Below are positions 12,974 to 26,805 of a DNA stretch of 64,000 bases, piece by piece (positions within the stretch are counted from its first letter, which is position 1; every line of letters begins with the position of its first letter). The position numbers and the translations under genes are program-made. The notes beneath the pieces were generated by a model, which saw only the letters and a program-made list of their open reading frames with translations, searched no databases and was not told the origin of the DNA. This DNA comes from Epiperipatus broadwayi (lineage: Eukaryota; Animalia; Onychophora), in assembly GCA_028023455.1 (NCBI GenBank), contig JAQFVV010000002.1:22320001-22384000 (forward strand), written 5' to 3'.

Positions 12974-15083
12974 ATGCAATAATTATTATTATATGTTCAA
13001 CTGCTATCTTGAATCATTCATTAAATCTTTAAAAAAACAAGAGTTTTTGAAAGAACTGTGAAATAAATTTATTCTTAGAAAATTATTAGTCTAGTCCGTA
13101 AATTAATCTCTAAGTGGCTAGATGATTGAAGAATTCCGGAGCCAAAGTAGTGAATGACTTGGCCAGAATGACTGCCAAAAAAAAGAATGAACTGAATCCC
13201 ACAGCAGTGACAGAACCAATTCAGGTATCCCCTCTGAGAAGTATGAATTAGCCAACCCTTTTAATTTAGCTTATCATTTAGATTATAAACATTCCTTTCT
13301 ATTTTTCCGATTAAATTCTACATAGCAGCGTTTGATATAATGTTTGGTTTCCATCTTGAATACTCCGATCACTTGATTACAGATATCAATTCAAAAGAAT
13401 TTTTATTTTATACACAAAAAAAAGATAACAGTTTAATTATAGCATTGATTATCAAACATTTTGCTTTTGGTCAGATTTTTGCCAAAGCAATTAACATTCT
13501 TTGCTTACGGAATAAAATTACAGTTTTTAGAAAAGCAATTAAAAAAAAAAAGATATAAGTATGTTGGAACAATTACTTTAAGTATTTATTTTACTAATAT
13601 GTTCCAACATGTGATCCATTTGTTCAATAAAGTTTGTTTTTCTCTATTTGAATTTTTCAGAGAAAAGCAAAATACATAAAATGACATATACTGAAAATAT
13701 ACAAAAAAAAATACATGAGTTTATTATATGTGTATTTGTGTACAATATTTGTGTGTCAATTCAATGTTTGCTTTAAATTAATGTGTGTGGGTATTCTAAT
13801 ACTCAGACCCAACTTCCATTATTAATATAGCACATTTATATATTCGTTGTGCTTAATATATACAAATTTACATGTTTATCTGCTGTAATTTTTTTTACAG
13901 CAGACATTTGATAATGCCTGGCACAATATATATATGCAAAGAATATACTGTATACAAAAAAATCCTAAAGATTGTCAGATTGTTAAGTATTGTTTTCCAC
14001 CTGTTTAACATATTTAATTAACTGCTAAGGAAATTGAACAAGTATTACATTTTCAATATTATCTGAAATGCTTTTTAATTAATAAATTGAAGAAAAAATA
14101 TTGTTATTGTATTTTATTTTAGGTTAATTTTATTAACGAATATGGGTATATATTTTTTATCAATCTGTATATTGACGAAAATATATAATTCTTTGCTGTA
14201 ATTAAATTTTCTCCATACCAATTACATATACTTAATTTTTTATTTTTAAAAAATAAATATACATCAAATATTTTGGACAACAATCATACTTTTTATTATA
14301 ATTCTTTCCAATTAAACTGTTCTGATATTAATCTTTTATTATTATTCTATTGAAATTATTCATTGGAAAATCATTTTTATTTCTTTGTTTTTGTATGCAT
14401 ATATATGCAACACACGTATGTATATGTGTGTGTACACATACATGCAAGGTTTTTCAGATAAAAAACCACTGATAACATTTTCATTTAATATTCACATTTT
14501 ATATTAAGACTGAGTTAGAGTCTGACATTTAATACCGAAATTCAATTACCTAACATTTGATCCCTTTTTCATTATCTAATCATGACTCAGAGAAATCAAT
14601 ATTTAAAGCAAGTGAATGAAAGATGTGTAATATTATTCTCATGTTTGTCAAAATAATATTTAGATCCATGGGTTATATAAGTATTACTATGGAAGATGTA
14701 TGTTGTTCTGAAACAATTTTTGCATGAGCCAATTCCCCTTTCCCTTCCAATTTCAAATAATCTGAGAATTGTGTTTATGCAGAGTAATGTTAAAACAAAC
14801 GATCAAAAAATCGTGAGATGACTATCCACGACAGTTCCCCTACTGTTTCAATTTTTTTAGGACAATTCTTTTGGTAAGCATCAAACAAAAACTTTCAGTG
14901 ATTGTGAAAAATGTTAACAATGATTGTCCAACTTTAATATTTGTTTTCAATCATCCATTGTTCATTAACATATACACATGCAAATTTATTGATCTCTAGA
15001 TGTTTGGTATGTTTGTAATTTGTAAAGTGTTCTAAAAATGATTATGAACATCCTTTTTTAAATCATGATTATTAGTTTATTGA

Positions 15084-15194
15084 TTTTTTTTTTATATGTC
15101 ATAGCATCGGCCGGGACGCAAACCCACAACCGTCTGCAATCAACTACTTGCTTGCAAGGCGGCTGTGGTGACCTCTCCGCTAACAATGCGTGAC
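15084..15194 (-). mobile_element. tRNA-derived SINE
   Basis: Minus strand: GCATTGT-TAGCGGAGAGG (A box)...GGGTTTGCGTCCC (decayed B box)...CGATGC closing an acceptor-like stem, then an A tail. TSD TAGTTTATTGA(TTTTT) at 15073 and 15195. A second copy lies at 34400. Confidence 0.8.
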
Positions 15195-15858
15195 TAGTTT
15201 ATTGATTTTTGATAAGTATTATCAATAATGTGGTTATTAGTTATTTTTCAAAAATATTAATTCAACTATAAGAAAATGTATTTGCTAATTCCATAATAAG
15301 TGATACATATTAGAAATAAAGAGACAAATGGTTTTATTGCTCAGGAATTCAAAAGAATTCAGAATGCCAAAAGTAGAAACAATCCAGGATGTCATGTGAC
15401 ACTACTATTGCACTAAACTACACTGGAAATTGAAATATGTATCAAAAATGTGGAAAGACATATTGATGAAAGTGATTACCACAAAATATGATGAAAAATG
15501 CAAATCAGTAATTTGAAAAGAAAAGACAAATGTATCTTAAGTAGCAGACCATGCATGTACCATTGGACATTTGCTTGATTGAGAAAATACAAGAATATTG
15601 TACTAAGATGAAAAAATAAAATTTAAAGAAGCTGGAAAAGTGGAAAAGAAAATTTAAAGAAGTTGCTCACACAATGACAAATGATTTCAAAGTCAACCTA
15701 ACATGATAATCCACTTATTAACCCTGACTTAAGAAAAAGTGTAGAAAGCAAGAGGATCCACATAGTTAAGAATATGAAAGTTCTATTGACCCTTACCTTT
15801 GGAAAAAAATAGCCCAGTTAGTTTTACTTTAAATTCAGTATTCATGAATCTAAAGATT

Positions 15859-16093
15859 AAACAAGGCAAAATTCTCTCCATACAGTAGTGCCACCCTGTG
15901 CCAACCAAATTAATCAATGGATGCCAGAAGGCTTTGTGCATAAAATCTCTATCTAGTGCCTACTCATCCAATATCCCCAGACTAGTTTCTGGCTTGTGAC
16001 CTTCATCAGTGAGGAGCATCCATTGATTACTCGAGAGAGTTTTGCCTTGTTTAATAACAATTATGTACTAGTATAAGAGATGGTGATCATGTG
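15859..16093. mobile_element. Family B HHR-bearing fold-back repeat
   Basis: Shares CAAAACTCTCCATACAGTAGTGCCAC...GATGCCAGAAGG...CCCCAGACTAGTTTC with seven other copies. 15-bp TSD ATGAATCTAAAGATT at 15844-15858 and 16094-16108. Confidence 0.85.
15975..16016 (-). ncRNA. Type I hammerhead ribozyme, family B, intact core
   Basis: Minus strand: UCCUCA CUGAUGA aGGucacaagCCa GAAA CUAG UC UGGGGA. Stem I has 6 bp, stem III is palindromic (ACUAGU), cleavage triplet GUC. Confidence 0.8.
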
Positions 16094-17232
16094 ATGAATC
16101 TAAAGATTGTTAGTTCATTAGGATAATAATATCTAAAGAAAGGGGAATAATACCAAGTGAAACATTGTCCTAGATACTAATCTGTCTTTTATTGCTAACA
16201 GTCTGAATGTATTTGGAAAAGTATAAGTTAAGTTTGAATTTTTCTATAAACATTTAATAATTTATTTATATGATAGAAATAGTTGAAAATACAACTAATA
16301 AATAATACCTTCATCACAAACCTTCAGAAAATATACTGATCCCATATGATATTTATTAATATACACATTATTCATGCATTTGTTAGGATTTGGTGTCAAC
16401 TTAATAGTAACTATTAATAATTGTAGATATGTTAAAATTAATATATATATTTAAATAATTTTAGGGAAAAGGTTTTATGATTTATTATAAATTTTATATA
16501 TTGACTTCCTCTTTTTATTTTAGTTCATTTTAATTCTCTAGTGCAGAACTGTTTATTTTGTTAATAATTATAATTCATTAGAGATAGAGGACTTTGGGTT
16601 GAAAAATAATAATAGATTTTTCTAAAATTATACCCATAATTAAAATATATTTATATTTTTTAAAAATATAAACAAGCAAGAGTGGGCAATTATTAATAAT
16701 GATTGCTAAAACTGATTTTAATTTAATTTGTATAGAGGAAGTTATTAGAATTATTAATGATAAAATTTATATGAGTAAAAAAGGTTTATTTAATTATTAA
16801 TAGTAGTAAATTATTATTTAATTGGTGGTTTAAATAACAGCCCCCATCCTGTATTATCAGATTGCATCTCAATAATGTAAAAAAATCTCAATATACTTTT
16901 TAATTTATGGTGCTACAATCAATAATGTTAAGAAAATAAACTAGTATCAATGAAGCAGCATATTACATAGAAATCTATCCTCTTTGGTAAAGAATTTAAC
17001 TTACCCAGTGTGCTTCAGTAAAAAGGTGATGGATTCTACCTCTGAGTAGCCTGCAGCTTCATCTCTGGATCATTGCATGTGTTACATGGTGTCATAGTTT
17101 ACCTATTCACCACATAAATTTTAGGACATTACAGTGTTTGGATCCTGAGTTATGACTGCCACCATGAAATCCTGTAAATCACTTGAAAACATTCTCATAG
17201 TTTAAGACTTTATTCCCATACACAGTTTAAAT

Positions 17233-17709
17233 CAGTGGTCTTCAACCTTTTCACACCTGCGGACCGGTAAAAATAAGGATAAGGTTTCGCGCAGACCTGC
17301 AAAAATAAGAATAAGGTTTCATGGACCAGCAGAAGTCTATAGATAAATTTTCTTAAAGATGTAAACAGCTTAGCCTTAGATGAAGTTATATATATATATG
17401 GAGTTTGTATAATAAAAAACTTTTTTTTTTTAATTTTTAATTTTTTAGACCCCCCCCCCCCCCCATAAATATCTGTGATAACTAGAAAAACAAATTAATT
17501 TATGTATGACTGATTAGATTTTGTTCTGCTTCTTTTTTTTTAATCAGGTAAAAGTGCGATGAAAAAAATAAATAAAAATTGTTAATATTAATTAAAAGTT
17601 TAAAATCTTATTATTTTGTTATTAAAACTTTCTTGCCAGTCTATCGCGGACCAGCAAAGAACTTCTACGGCCCAGCACCGGGCCGCGGACTGGTGGTTGA
17701 AGACCACTG
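17233..17709. mobile_element. hAT-superfamily MITE
   Basis: TIR CAGTGGTCTTCAACC at both ends. Perfect 8-bp TSD GTTTAAAT at 17225-17232 and 17710-17717. Confidence 0.93.
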
Positions 17710-18547
17710 GTTTAAATCATTGCAGATCATTCATTAAATTAATATTAGCATCTTATTTTATCATGGTTTAAGATATGAAATATGCACTTTATATCATAAT
17801 TCATGATCAAGATTTATTAACACCTTAAAATTTGTTTGCTGAATAGCTAAACCATGTTGCTATAGAAAGCATATATTAATTGTGAGATGGCACTGCAAGT
17901 AGCTTGGAGAGAGAACCAATCACCAATCATCTTTTCATTTGGTCACACTGTGTTCGCCCAATTAAAAAATATTACTTATTGTTCAAAGAAAAGGGCTTAA
18001 CTCAAAGTTCAGTGAAGTAATCTTAATTATTTAATTACTATAAAACCTAGTTCACCATTTGTTATTATTTTTATCAAGATCAGTAATTAAATAATGGTAT
18101 AAACTGTATGGTTAATTGTTTGGAAGGTCATTACCTTTGTGACAGCTTGACTACAATTACTAGGGAGATCATATAATATCCATACCCCAAAATAACAGGC
18201 TGAACACAATTATTCTGCTCAATTGACTATAACTAAAGTTTTTTTTTATGTTACTTTATTAGTAAGTCATGAAAATTTGAATTTATTATAAATCGAAAAA
18301 ATTATTATCATATACAGAAAAAACCCCACATTGCATGAATTAACATACTGAGATAGTTTTCTGGCAATATGTACTGATTCATCTATTAACACTAAAAATA
18401 TAAAAGAAAATAAGGTAAGGTGAGATGGTTTACCTTATTCATTTAATGTTAAAATATGGTAATAAAAAAATGAATCTTTGCAATTAGTTCTTTCATTTGT
18501 AAAATTGTCAATTTTTGAATTAGTTTTTATAGAGATCTTTTAATAAT

Positions 18548-18632
18548 CCACTCATGACCACACACATGTGAAAAAGATAAATGATCTACAAAATACGTAT
18601 TTCGTACTGAACTAGTACTCATCAGTTGGTCC
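18548..18632 (-). ncRNA. Family A partial copy with type I hammerhead ribozyme (intact core)
   Basis: Minus strand: ACCAA CUGAUGA GUACU-aguuc-AGUAC GAAA UACGUA UU uuguagaucau. Stem II has a compensatory A-U pair where other copies have G-C. Confidence 0.8.
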
Positions 18633-20025
18633 ACCATGCTGAAGACTATAAAAATTCATAATTTAAAATGACATAGCTTCAGGTAGCAAATCTTCTAAAA
18701 AGTAATGGCTTCTTTTCCTTTGAAACTTTTCCAGGCTATTTATACCTTTGCTGTGGTTTTCCACCCATTCTGACTGATGCCTTAAAGCTAAAGCTTTTTA
18801 AATTATCACAAGTTAAAAATTTTGTTAATTGGTTTCAGATCCATTCCTTTGATAAGACTTTCAAATCCATTAACTTTAAATTCATTTTCTATTTAGAAAA
18901 TGAATTTGTAAATAGTTATGGAAATAGTCCAACATATTACATTCCTATTAGTGATGTGTATCTGCTATTATTAAATGAATATGAATTATTACATAAAAAG
19001 TTTTCATAGAAAGGACAATCTGTGTATCCATCTAGAGGCAAAATTTTCATAACTCATGTTGAAATCTCCTACTGGTAAGCATGGATATGGTGATGTAAAA
19101 AAGGAATTTAAAGTCAGTATTATTCTATTTATTATGTGTGGGCCTGGTGGAATGCAAACAAAGATAATATTTCAAATTATTGCTGAGTGATGTAAAGCGA
19201 TTCTTAATACATGTGGGACAATATACAATATTTTGAAAGAACGAGACTCGGCTATAATTAAGCCAGTTCCTGCTGATGGCAAGTTGGATGATTTGGAAAA
19301 AAGTGAAGAAACCTCAGTTATGGAGATATTTAGATGGATCAGTTTGTGAGCCACTATAAATTTTTGTTTCAAGTAGGTCTAATATGTGAGGTTGAACAAT
19401 GTCAAACCATTTAGATCAGTGATACTCAACCTGCAGCCCCTGGGCACATGCAGCCTGACAAGATTTTATGTGTGCCTCAGCAATAGATTGATGGTCAACG
19501 GATGTGGCAACACACTTCTTAATTAACGAATAACCATGCACGATTGATATTTTTTATTGACGCACTAATAATGTTATTTTGTTTTTTTAATTTCACAGAT
19601 CTGAAGAACCTGCCAAATCTGTACTAGAAATGCCTGAGTATCTTCATATATAACTTGTACTCGCTCTCAACCCATTATCTTTAGCATTTTTTCTCTGATT
19701 TTAGCACCTTCAGTATTTTTTTTGCAAGAAAAAAATCAGTAAATATTTAAATTTAATGATATAATAATGACGTAAATCCATCTTTTCAAGCTTCTGATTG
19801 ATTGTTTTTTTCTCCACAAGGGAACGCCAATCCATAACTTGGACAGTTGTATTTCTACATTTTGAATTTGAAAACGAAAACATAATTTACTAAGTCAATT
19901 ATTTTATATAGCGCGATGTTTTTTATAAACATAATATTTAAACAGCATTAAACTGTTGCACATGCGCTTTGGATTTTAAATATAAAATGAATGAATACTA
20001 ACACTTCAACCACCTGATAAAGTCT

Positions 20026-22682
20026 TTGGAAAAGATAGAATGGCCATCTATCTTTTTGAACCCAAATGGAAACACTTTATCATTAAAAAAATGTAATATT
20101 GATCATCATTATAATATAAATTGTTTAATGATACTTTTGCTCATGAGTTTAATAAGAAGTGAAAAATTAGCTTTCTTAAGAAATCATTGCAACAGCAACA
20201 AAATGTTATATCAGTGGCAATCTCACAAGAAGCAGTGGTAACTAGAGTATCATATGAAGTTTGTTATATACACCTGAGTCTCATTTTATGCGGTAGGTTC
20301 CTCAGAAAATGTGCACAAAAGAAATTGCACAAAAATAGACTTAACTTACGTTGAAAAATGGGGATAGGGGGGTATAATTTTCAGAAATCGCCTAAAAGCA
20401 AAGCAAGAAAGAAAAATTACTTTAAAATTCGCATTAAAAAAATAAGGAAATAAAGTATGACTAATAAAATCTTTCAAATATTTGAAAAAAAATAATACAA
20501 GACTTTTTTTTACTTTTTTTATTAACTACAGTATTTAATTTTACATTTTTTCATATATATTTTAATCATTAGCGGTTATTTGGTTATTTGACAATATGCA
20601 TTCGTTTGGGAAATATTAAGAAATCAGATTTGTCATGTGACATACAACTAGCGCCACTTTCAGTCTTGAGCTGTGTTAATTGTTTTTTGTTGCCATATTA
20701 AAAAAATGAGATCATAATCAAAACAAAAAGACTATAGATTATCATTAGAAAAATTATTTTCAGTTTATAAAATCAATAAAATCTTCATTATTATTTACTT
20801 TAAAAATCGAAAAAAATATTTATTTCTGTTATAATTAGCAAAATGTGTTTTAAAAGTTTAAAATTTTTGAATATTTATTGCGATATTTTTATATGTAAAT
20901 ATAAATCTATTATTACTATTTATTCATTAATATAAGTAGATTATTTACATAGAAGCTAAGATAGCTTCAGGTCATATTCATGTTAGCTGCTAATATAATG
21001 TTATATTTTTGAGGAAAAAAAAGTATTTCAAGTCAAAATAAGTTATTAATAATTTAAATTTCTTGATATCTAATAAATATGGTGAAATATGAAAGATATT
21101 AAGAAGAAACATGAATCGCATAACTTCAAAATCGCATTAAAATAATCCGCATAAAACGAGACCCAGGTGTACTTGGCAAAAATATGAAACCATTTACAGA
21201 TGCTGAAGTTGTGAAAGAATGTTTCCTAAATGCTTTGAATATATTATTTGATAAATTTAATAATAAAAGTCAAATATCACGAATTAAAAAATTACAACTG
21301 TCAGTTCTACCTGCATTAGACGTATTGAAGATATTGCAAAACATATTTTTGATAATATAATAGATTTTAAAAACTGCAAATATTTTAGTTTGGCTGTTGA
21401 TTCTAGTACTGACATTTCAGCAACATCACAATGTGCTATTTTTGTCAGATACTGTATGAACCAGAATTCAATTTGTGAAGATTTTTTGAAATTTCTTCCT
21501 ATGAAGAATCAAACTAGAGGTAGTGATTTTCTCAATAGTATTTGTACTTTTCTGGAGAAGAATAATATTAAAATAAAAAAATTGGTTTCCGTGTGCACTG
21601 ATGGATGTCCTTCAATGATTGGATCAGAAAAGGAATTTGTTTCCCTGTTAAAAAATATATATAATCTAACAAATCTTTTATCATTTCATTGTTTAATTCA
21701 TCAAGAAAACTTGGGGGCATATATATCCATTAAAGAAGTAGATGCTGTAATGAAAACCATCATAAACATTGTGAATTATATTCGAGCCCGAGAATTAAGC
21801 AACAGAAAATTTAAAAATCTTTTGGAAGAAATAAATAGTAATTATGGTGATGTACTTTTGTATACTTCAGTGCGATGACTAAGCAGAGGTAAAGTTTTGA
21901 ATCGCCTTTTTTTATTACGTCATGAATTTTTTTCATTTTTACAAGAAAACAATAAAACTTATAATGAGCTTGACAGTGATGGATGGTGATGTCTTTTAGA
22001 TTTTTTATGTAACATTACAGAAAAACTTTGTTCTTAATATTAGTTTGCAAGGTGAAAATAAATTATTTCACAAATGACAAATAAAGTATTTGCTTTTGAA
22101 GAAAAACTAAATATTTATTACCAAAATATACAAAACTAAATACTACATCATTGACAAATGCTAAGCAAGATGGTATTGACATTTTTTCAGAAACATATGT
22201 AATTATTTAAAATTATTTAGGTACCTTATTGAATGAATTTAATAATAGATTTCAAGATTTAAGAAATATTAAGAATTGTCTTTTGCTTATAGAAAATCCC
22301 TGGCACCTAGAAATAGCAACTATTGCACAATTAACTGCATTTGGACATGATTATGTTAAGTTATTAAATGAATTTGTTGAATTTAAAAATGACACAAATT
22401 TGGAAGCCATTTTTAAAGAGAAAAGGGAGGGAAAGGATTATATGGAATTTTGGAAATTAGTGCCTAAAAATATAAAACTGTCAAAAAGTGTTGCTCACAT
22501 TGTTTGCATCAATATATCTTTGTGAATCATCTTATTTGAAAATGAAATATGTGAAGAATGTGCATAGAAACAGACTTACTGATTTACACCTTGATGATAT
22601 ATTAAGAGTAGCATGTAGTACATATAAACCAGATTTATCTAAAATTGTTAAAAGTTTATCTCAATATCAAAAATCACACTAA
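20026..22682 (+). pseudogene. hAT transposase, frameshifted and interrupted by a MITE
   Basis: KPFTDAEVVKECF; SLAVDSSTDISATSQCAIFVRY; VSVCTDGCPSM; FHCLIHQE; R*LSRGKVL; YLCESSYLKMK...RNRLTD. Multiple stops and frameshifts. Confidence 0.92.
20271..21169. mobile_element. Tc1/mariner (pogo/Tigger-like) MITE inserted in the hAT transposase
   Basis: 23-bp TIR CACCTG(A/G)GTCTC(A/G)TTTTATGCGG with TA TSD. Excision restores the frame VSYEVCYILGKNMKPF. Confidence 0.9.
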
Positions 22683-25625
22683 TATTTAAATAAATGTATA
22701 TATCAAATAAAAGTGTTTGTGTTATGTTAATTCTAAGATATAATAAAGTGATCCACAAGCTGTGGCATGCATGAATTGAGAAGTCAGACATTTTTTTTTA
22801 TGTAATTGGTTGTCATGGCCCCCGCCGCTTGATGGAGCACACAAATATATATATGGCCCAGGAAAGAGAAAGGTTGAGTATCCCTGATTTAGATAATTGG
22901 AATATTTTGTTTGGATGATTTAATCCCCTAATATTTAATGCTTCAATATTTATTTTCATTTTGGATTAGTCTAGGATAATTAAAAAGAAATTTTAATTCT
23001 TTAAATTATTTTTTTATTTTTTTAAATTATTGACTCTCATGACATAGATGAATCAGTATTATCCACTTCTGATACATTGGCATTTGGATTCATATTTACA
23101 GAAGTATTTTTGTTAACTGAAGGATAAAATACTGACGTTGTATCTTGAATAATTATTGAAGGATTTTGTTTTCATTATTTCATCTTTTGTCTGGAGGAAA
23201 ATAATTTTTATCACACTTCATAAACTTAAATTCTGAAAACTTTTATTAGCTGGATACTAATTGGATATTTCAGTCTAGCAATACGTCATCTTTTGCAATG
23301 GGCCATATCAAATGATTGACGACAGGAGCATGATTCAGCATTTTCTTTTGTGTGGTAAATTATAAAAGGAGAAGGCGTGAAAGGACTAAAAACTTAGTCT
23401 CTTGTGTTTTGCTTCTTGTTAAGGTAGGCAGGAAAAAAAAACTATTGTGGAACTTTGGATTACAAAATCTTCTTTAGTTGTATTACCTGATGGACAATAT
23501 CAACCCAAGGGAATAACATGGGTGGAACATTTAGTACTAAATCTACAAAAATAAATCAAATGGAATAAAAAACTTTTAAGTACACTAGTTCAGCTTGTCC
23601 TCATGTAATTTTATCCCTACCTGCCTACAAGACTGCCTAGAAAAAAAAAGAAATCATTATATGGAAAGGTACCCATTTTTCTAGTAATGCTCATAAGAAA
23701 AGTGTGTGAAACCCCTTTTGGCATATATAATAACTCTGGACACTATTGCCTCTCTGGTTTGTATAAAAAAAAAGAAAGAAAAATGGACAAAGAAAAAAAA
23801 ACTATTCAGTATGGCAAGCATACCAATTTAATAAATTTAATCTCGGGGGAAATATAGTTAAAAAATTTTTATATACTGATAAATAGTTAATTATATTATT
23901 ATTTTTTATACACTTGTGACTATATTGCAAATTTATTTTATATTTGCATTTTTTTTTTTTTTTTGTTCATTGAAATAGATACGTATATTATTATTTTTGT
24001 ATAGGGAAAAAAAATTATTTACTTTTCAACAGTGGGATATTAATAGTGACTTAAATTTTCAGTATAATACACGTGTGTATGCATAAGCAAACATATATCT
24101 ATATATGTTTTTTATTACATGTACTGGTATCTCTGGAATTGCTATTAGTAGATTCATTTAAAGATTCAATATTCTAGGTGATATTTATGTGTGTATCTAC
24201 ATGTACTTAGACATATATATGCACACAAATTGAAGAAAAGAAGGGGTTTATTTCAGATGTCATATATGTATATTATTGTGAATAGATTTTTATGTGAATA
24301 TATTTACAAGTGTACATATTGTACAAATTGAACTATACTTTAGCTTACTACTTATGGCTATTAACATCCAATCAGATCGCAAGCACTGAAACAGAGAATT
24401 TGACAAGAAAAGGGTGATTCCACTCTCTTCTTTACTCGTCTTTCTATATATCCAAGCCAGTCTAAAGTACTTAGATCTGAAAGTGTGAATCTTAAAAATC
24501 TTCACACTCAATTGTTTAAAATATCTGGTCTGACATTCAGTCATCACACTAGCTCATTCATTGCAAATATAAATTGACTATTGCTAATATTATCATTATT
24601 ATCTGATTTAAAATATGCCACTCACCCTGAGAATTAGAATGGAGTACTGAGGTTGTTTCGGGGATTACAATATTGGTAAGAATCGATTGATATCATTGTA
24701 GGTGTTTATTCAGAGAATAATTTCTATTGAAATTAGCGCTTAAGGCTGATATTATTCAGACCTTATAAGTATACTCTGCAAAGAGTAGACTTTTCTGATT
24801 CTTACAAGGATAGATACATTAAAAGAGGCCAGGAAATATAACTAATTATTATTGGTTTTGTCCTCTTTTTTTATGAATTGTATAATTCACACTGTGTATG
24901 TGTTCTGAGCTTGAAATAATGCCGCATGTGAGGCTTGTGGTAAACATACACAGATAAGTATGAGGTGTGTAAGGAGTATGATGTTCCTGGTACAATATAT
25001 TAAGACAATATTGTTAAAATAAATTTTTTTTCTTTATCTTGTTCTATCATTTGTTTGACATTTGGAACAACATTTGCTTTTCAGATGAACTAATCATAAA
25101 CATACAGAATGACTTTATATATTTAGAAATACTTAAAATTTTAATACCATCACACATTCATGATATGTATGAAGGAAGACATCTTCAAAAAGGCAAATGA
25201 CCCCTGAGCCAACTAATACTCATTATCTGACCCAAGTCACAATGCCCTACAAATGGCTTCATTGTTTATTTGGTACTTATCTATACCAAATTATTGCACT
25301 TTGATTTACAAATGTCAAATTTTTTGCACCCCCAACTTTGACAGTTCAGATATAAACTTTAAACTTCTGTTAAGGAATAATATATGTTTATATTTATGTA
25401 GCAATGGTAAATCTGTTATCATAGTTTGTTATTGATATTTAAGTAAAAGAAAGTATATTTTATTTATTGAAGTGTGTGGATGTGTTCTTTTTAATTGTAA
25501 TTATGATTTTAGAATGAAAACATAATCACTATAATTTTCTGTACTCCTATACCCTATATATTACATGTGTTGATACAGGTATGTAATAAGCCTGTATTTC
25601 AGTTAGTATTATAACTTTTTATTAT

Positions 25626-26025
25626 ATAGGGTATATGAGTACAGACTTTCACATGACCCACCTCTCTCCACTCTATCTCATAACACTGATGCACTTGAAC
25701 ACATATGTCGAAAAGATAAATAATCACCAATAAACGTATTTCATGCTAAACCAGCAATCATCAGTTGGTCCAGATTACCATCTCTACACATATATGCTAT
25801 AAGTGCTCAGATATGTATTAAGATAGCCAAACCTCATTCTTTAATGGACAGGCTTCAATCTACTCCAATTCTTCAACCGTTCACCCAATTGAAAATCTGA
25901 TGATGAAATGCTCAAAGGCCACCCTGAGGCCGAGATTCTCATCACACCCATGTTGACCTAAGGTCAATCTGACCCCTCATGTACAGGACATAATCCATTT
26001 AATACATATACAAGGGATGGGCAGA
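25626..26025 (-). mobile_element. Family A repeat, near full unit, with HHR at 25720-25778
   Basis: Minus strand: GUAAUC-UGG-ACCAA CUGAUGA uUGCUggu uuAGCAu GAAA uacguUUA UUGGU-GAUUAU. The body matches the copies at 26.9, 40, 43.5 and 61 kb. Confidence 0.85.
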
Positions 26026-26041
26026 CATCTCTACTATGTAG

Positions 26042-26166
26042 TAACTGAAACACACAGGCTTATTATATACCTGTGTCTATATATGTAATATATAGACACA
26101 GGTATATACCCTATATATTACATATATAGACACAGGTATATTATAAGCCTGTGTGTTTCAGTTATT
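26042..26166. repeat. Near-perfect ~55-bp inverted repeat (fold-back)
   Basis: AACTGAAACACACAGGCTTAT...TATATGTAATATATAG is mirrored by CTATATATTACATATATAGACACAGG...AAGCCTGTGTGTTTCAGTT. Related sequence at ~25550-25610. Confidence 0.8.
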
Positions 26167-26805
26167 GTAACTTTTTGTAATTTTAAGTTATCTTTTTTTT
26201 TTTAATTTTAAGGCTAGAATTTATTTTAAAAACTTTTATTTTACTATATATAATCAATTTATATATATTAAGTAAAAAAAAAAAAAATTATATTTAAAAT
26301 CAAAACTTGTATCAAAAAAGACATTGAAGAATTTTGCTGATTAATATTTGTCTTTTATAACTCTACAAATAAATACTTGAATGTATTGCTACATAGGAAA
26401 CAGGTATTTATTGATAATTGTGTGGTTGTGAATTCATATTTCATTTATGCCATAGTGGATTCAATAAAGGCTACATTATAAATCTTAATTTTTTGGAAGG
26501 TATTTTAAATCTTGATAATATTGTTTCCAATTTATAGAATCATTGAATAGAATAATCATATTAGTTTTGGAAAATTGCCTTCTATCTTGATGATCATATA
26601 AATGGTAATACAGCTGTTATGTACAATGTTATTTTTTTTTTGTTTAAAATTATAAAAAATTATAATTTTGAAATTAGAGCAAAAATATATATTGAAAATC
26701 ATATTTTTATTCTGACATTTTATAATTTAATTTTTTTATTATTGTTAAATATAAATATTTGAAAACGAGGCACTCTTCACAAACCTGGGAGCTTAATTGT
26801 AAGCA

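Larger units (their letters stand above)
19417..22886 (+). mobile_element. Full-length hAT transposon (Charlie/Buster/SPIN-like clade) with disrupted transposase
   Basis: TIR CAG(T/G)GATACTCAACCT at both ends. Perfect 8-bp TSD ATTTAGAT at 19409-19416 and 22887-22894. Transposase motifs present. Confidence 0.95.

Noticed and set aside
12729-12974. 81-aa ORF with flanking AG/GT as an exon
   Set aside because: No recognisable homology, and it lies within a GC-richer repeat-like segment.
19190-19350. pogo/Tigger transposase N-terminal fragment (TIYNILKERDS...LE...W)
   Set aside because: The resemblance is weak, with no TIR or DDE segment nearby.
25895-25920. Antisense hammerhead in family A (CTGATGA T GAAA TGC TC), which would make it viroid-like
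   Set aside because: No stem II or stem I can form, and the GAAA part is not conserved in other copies.
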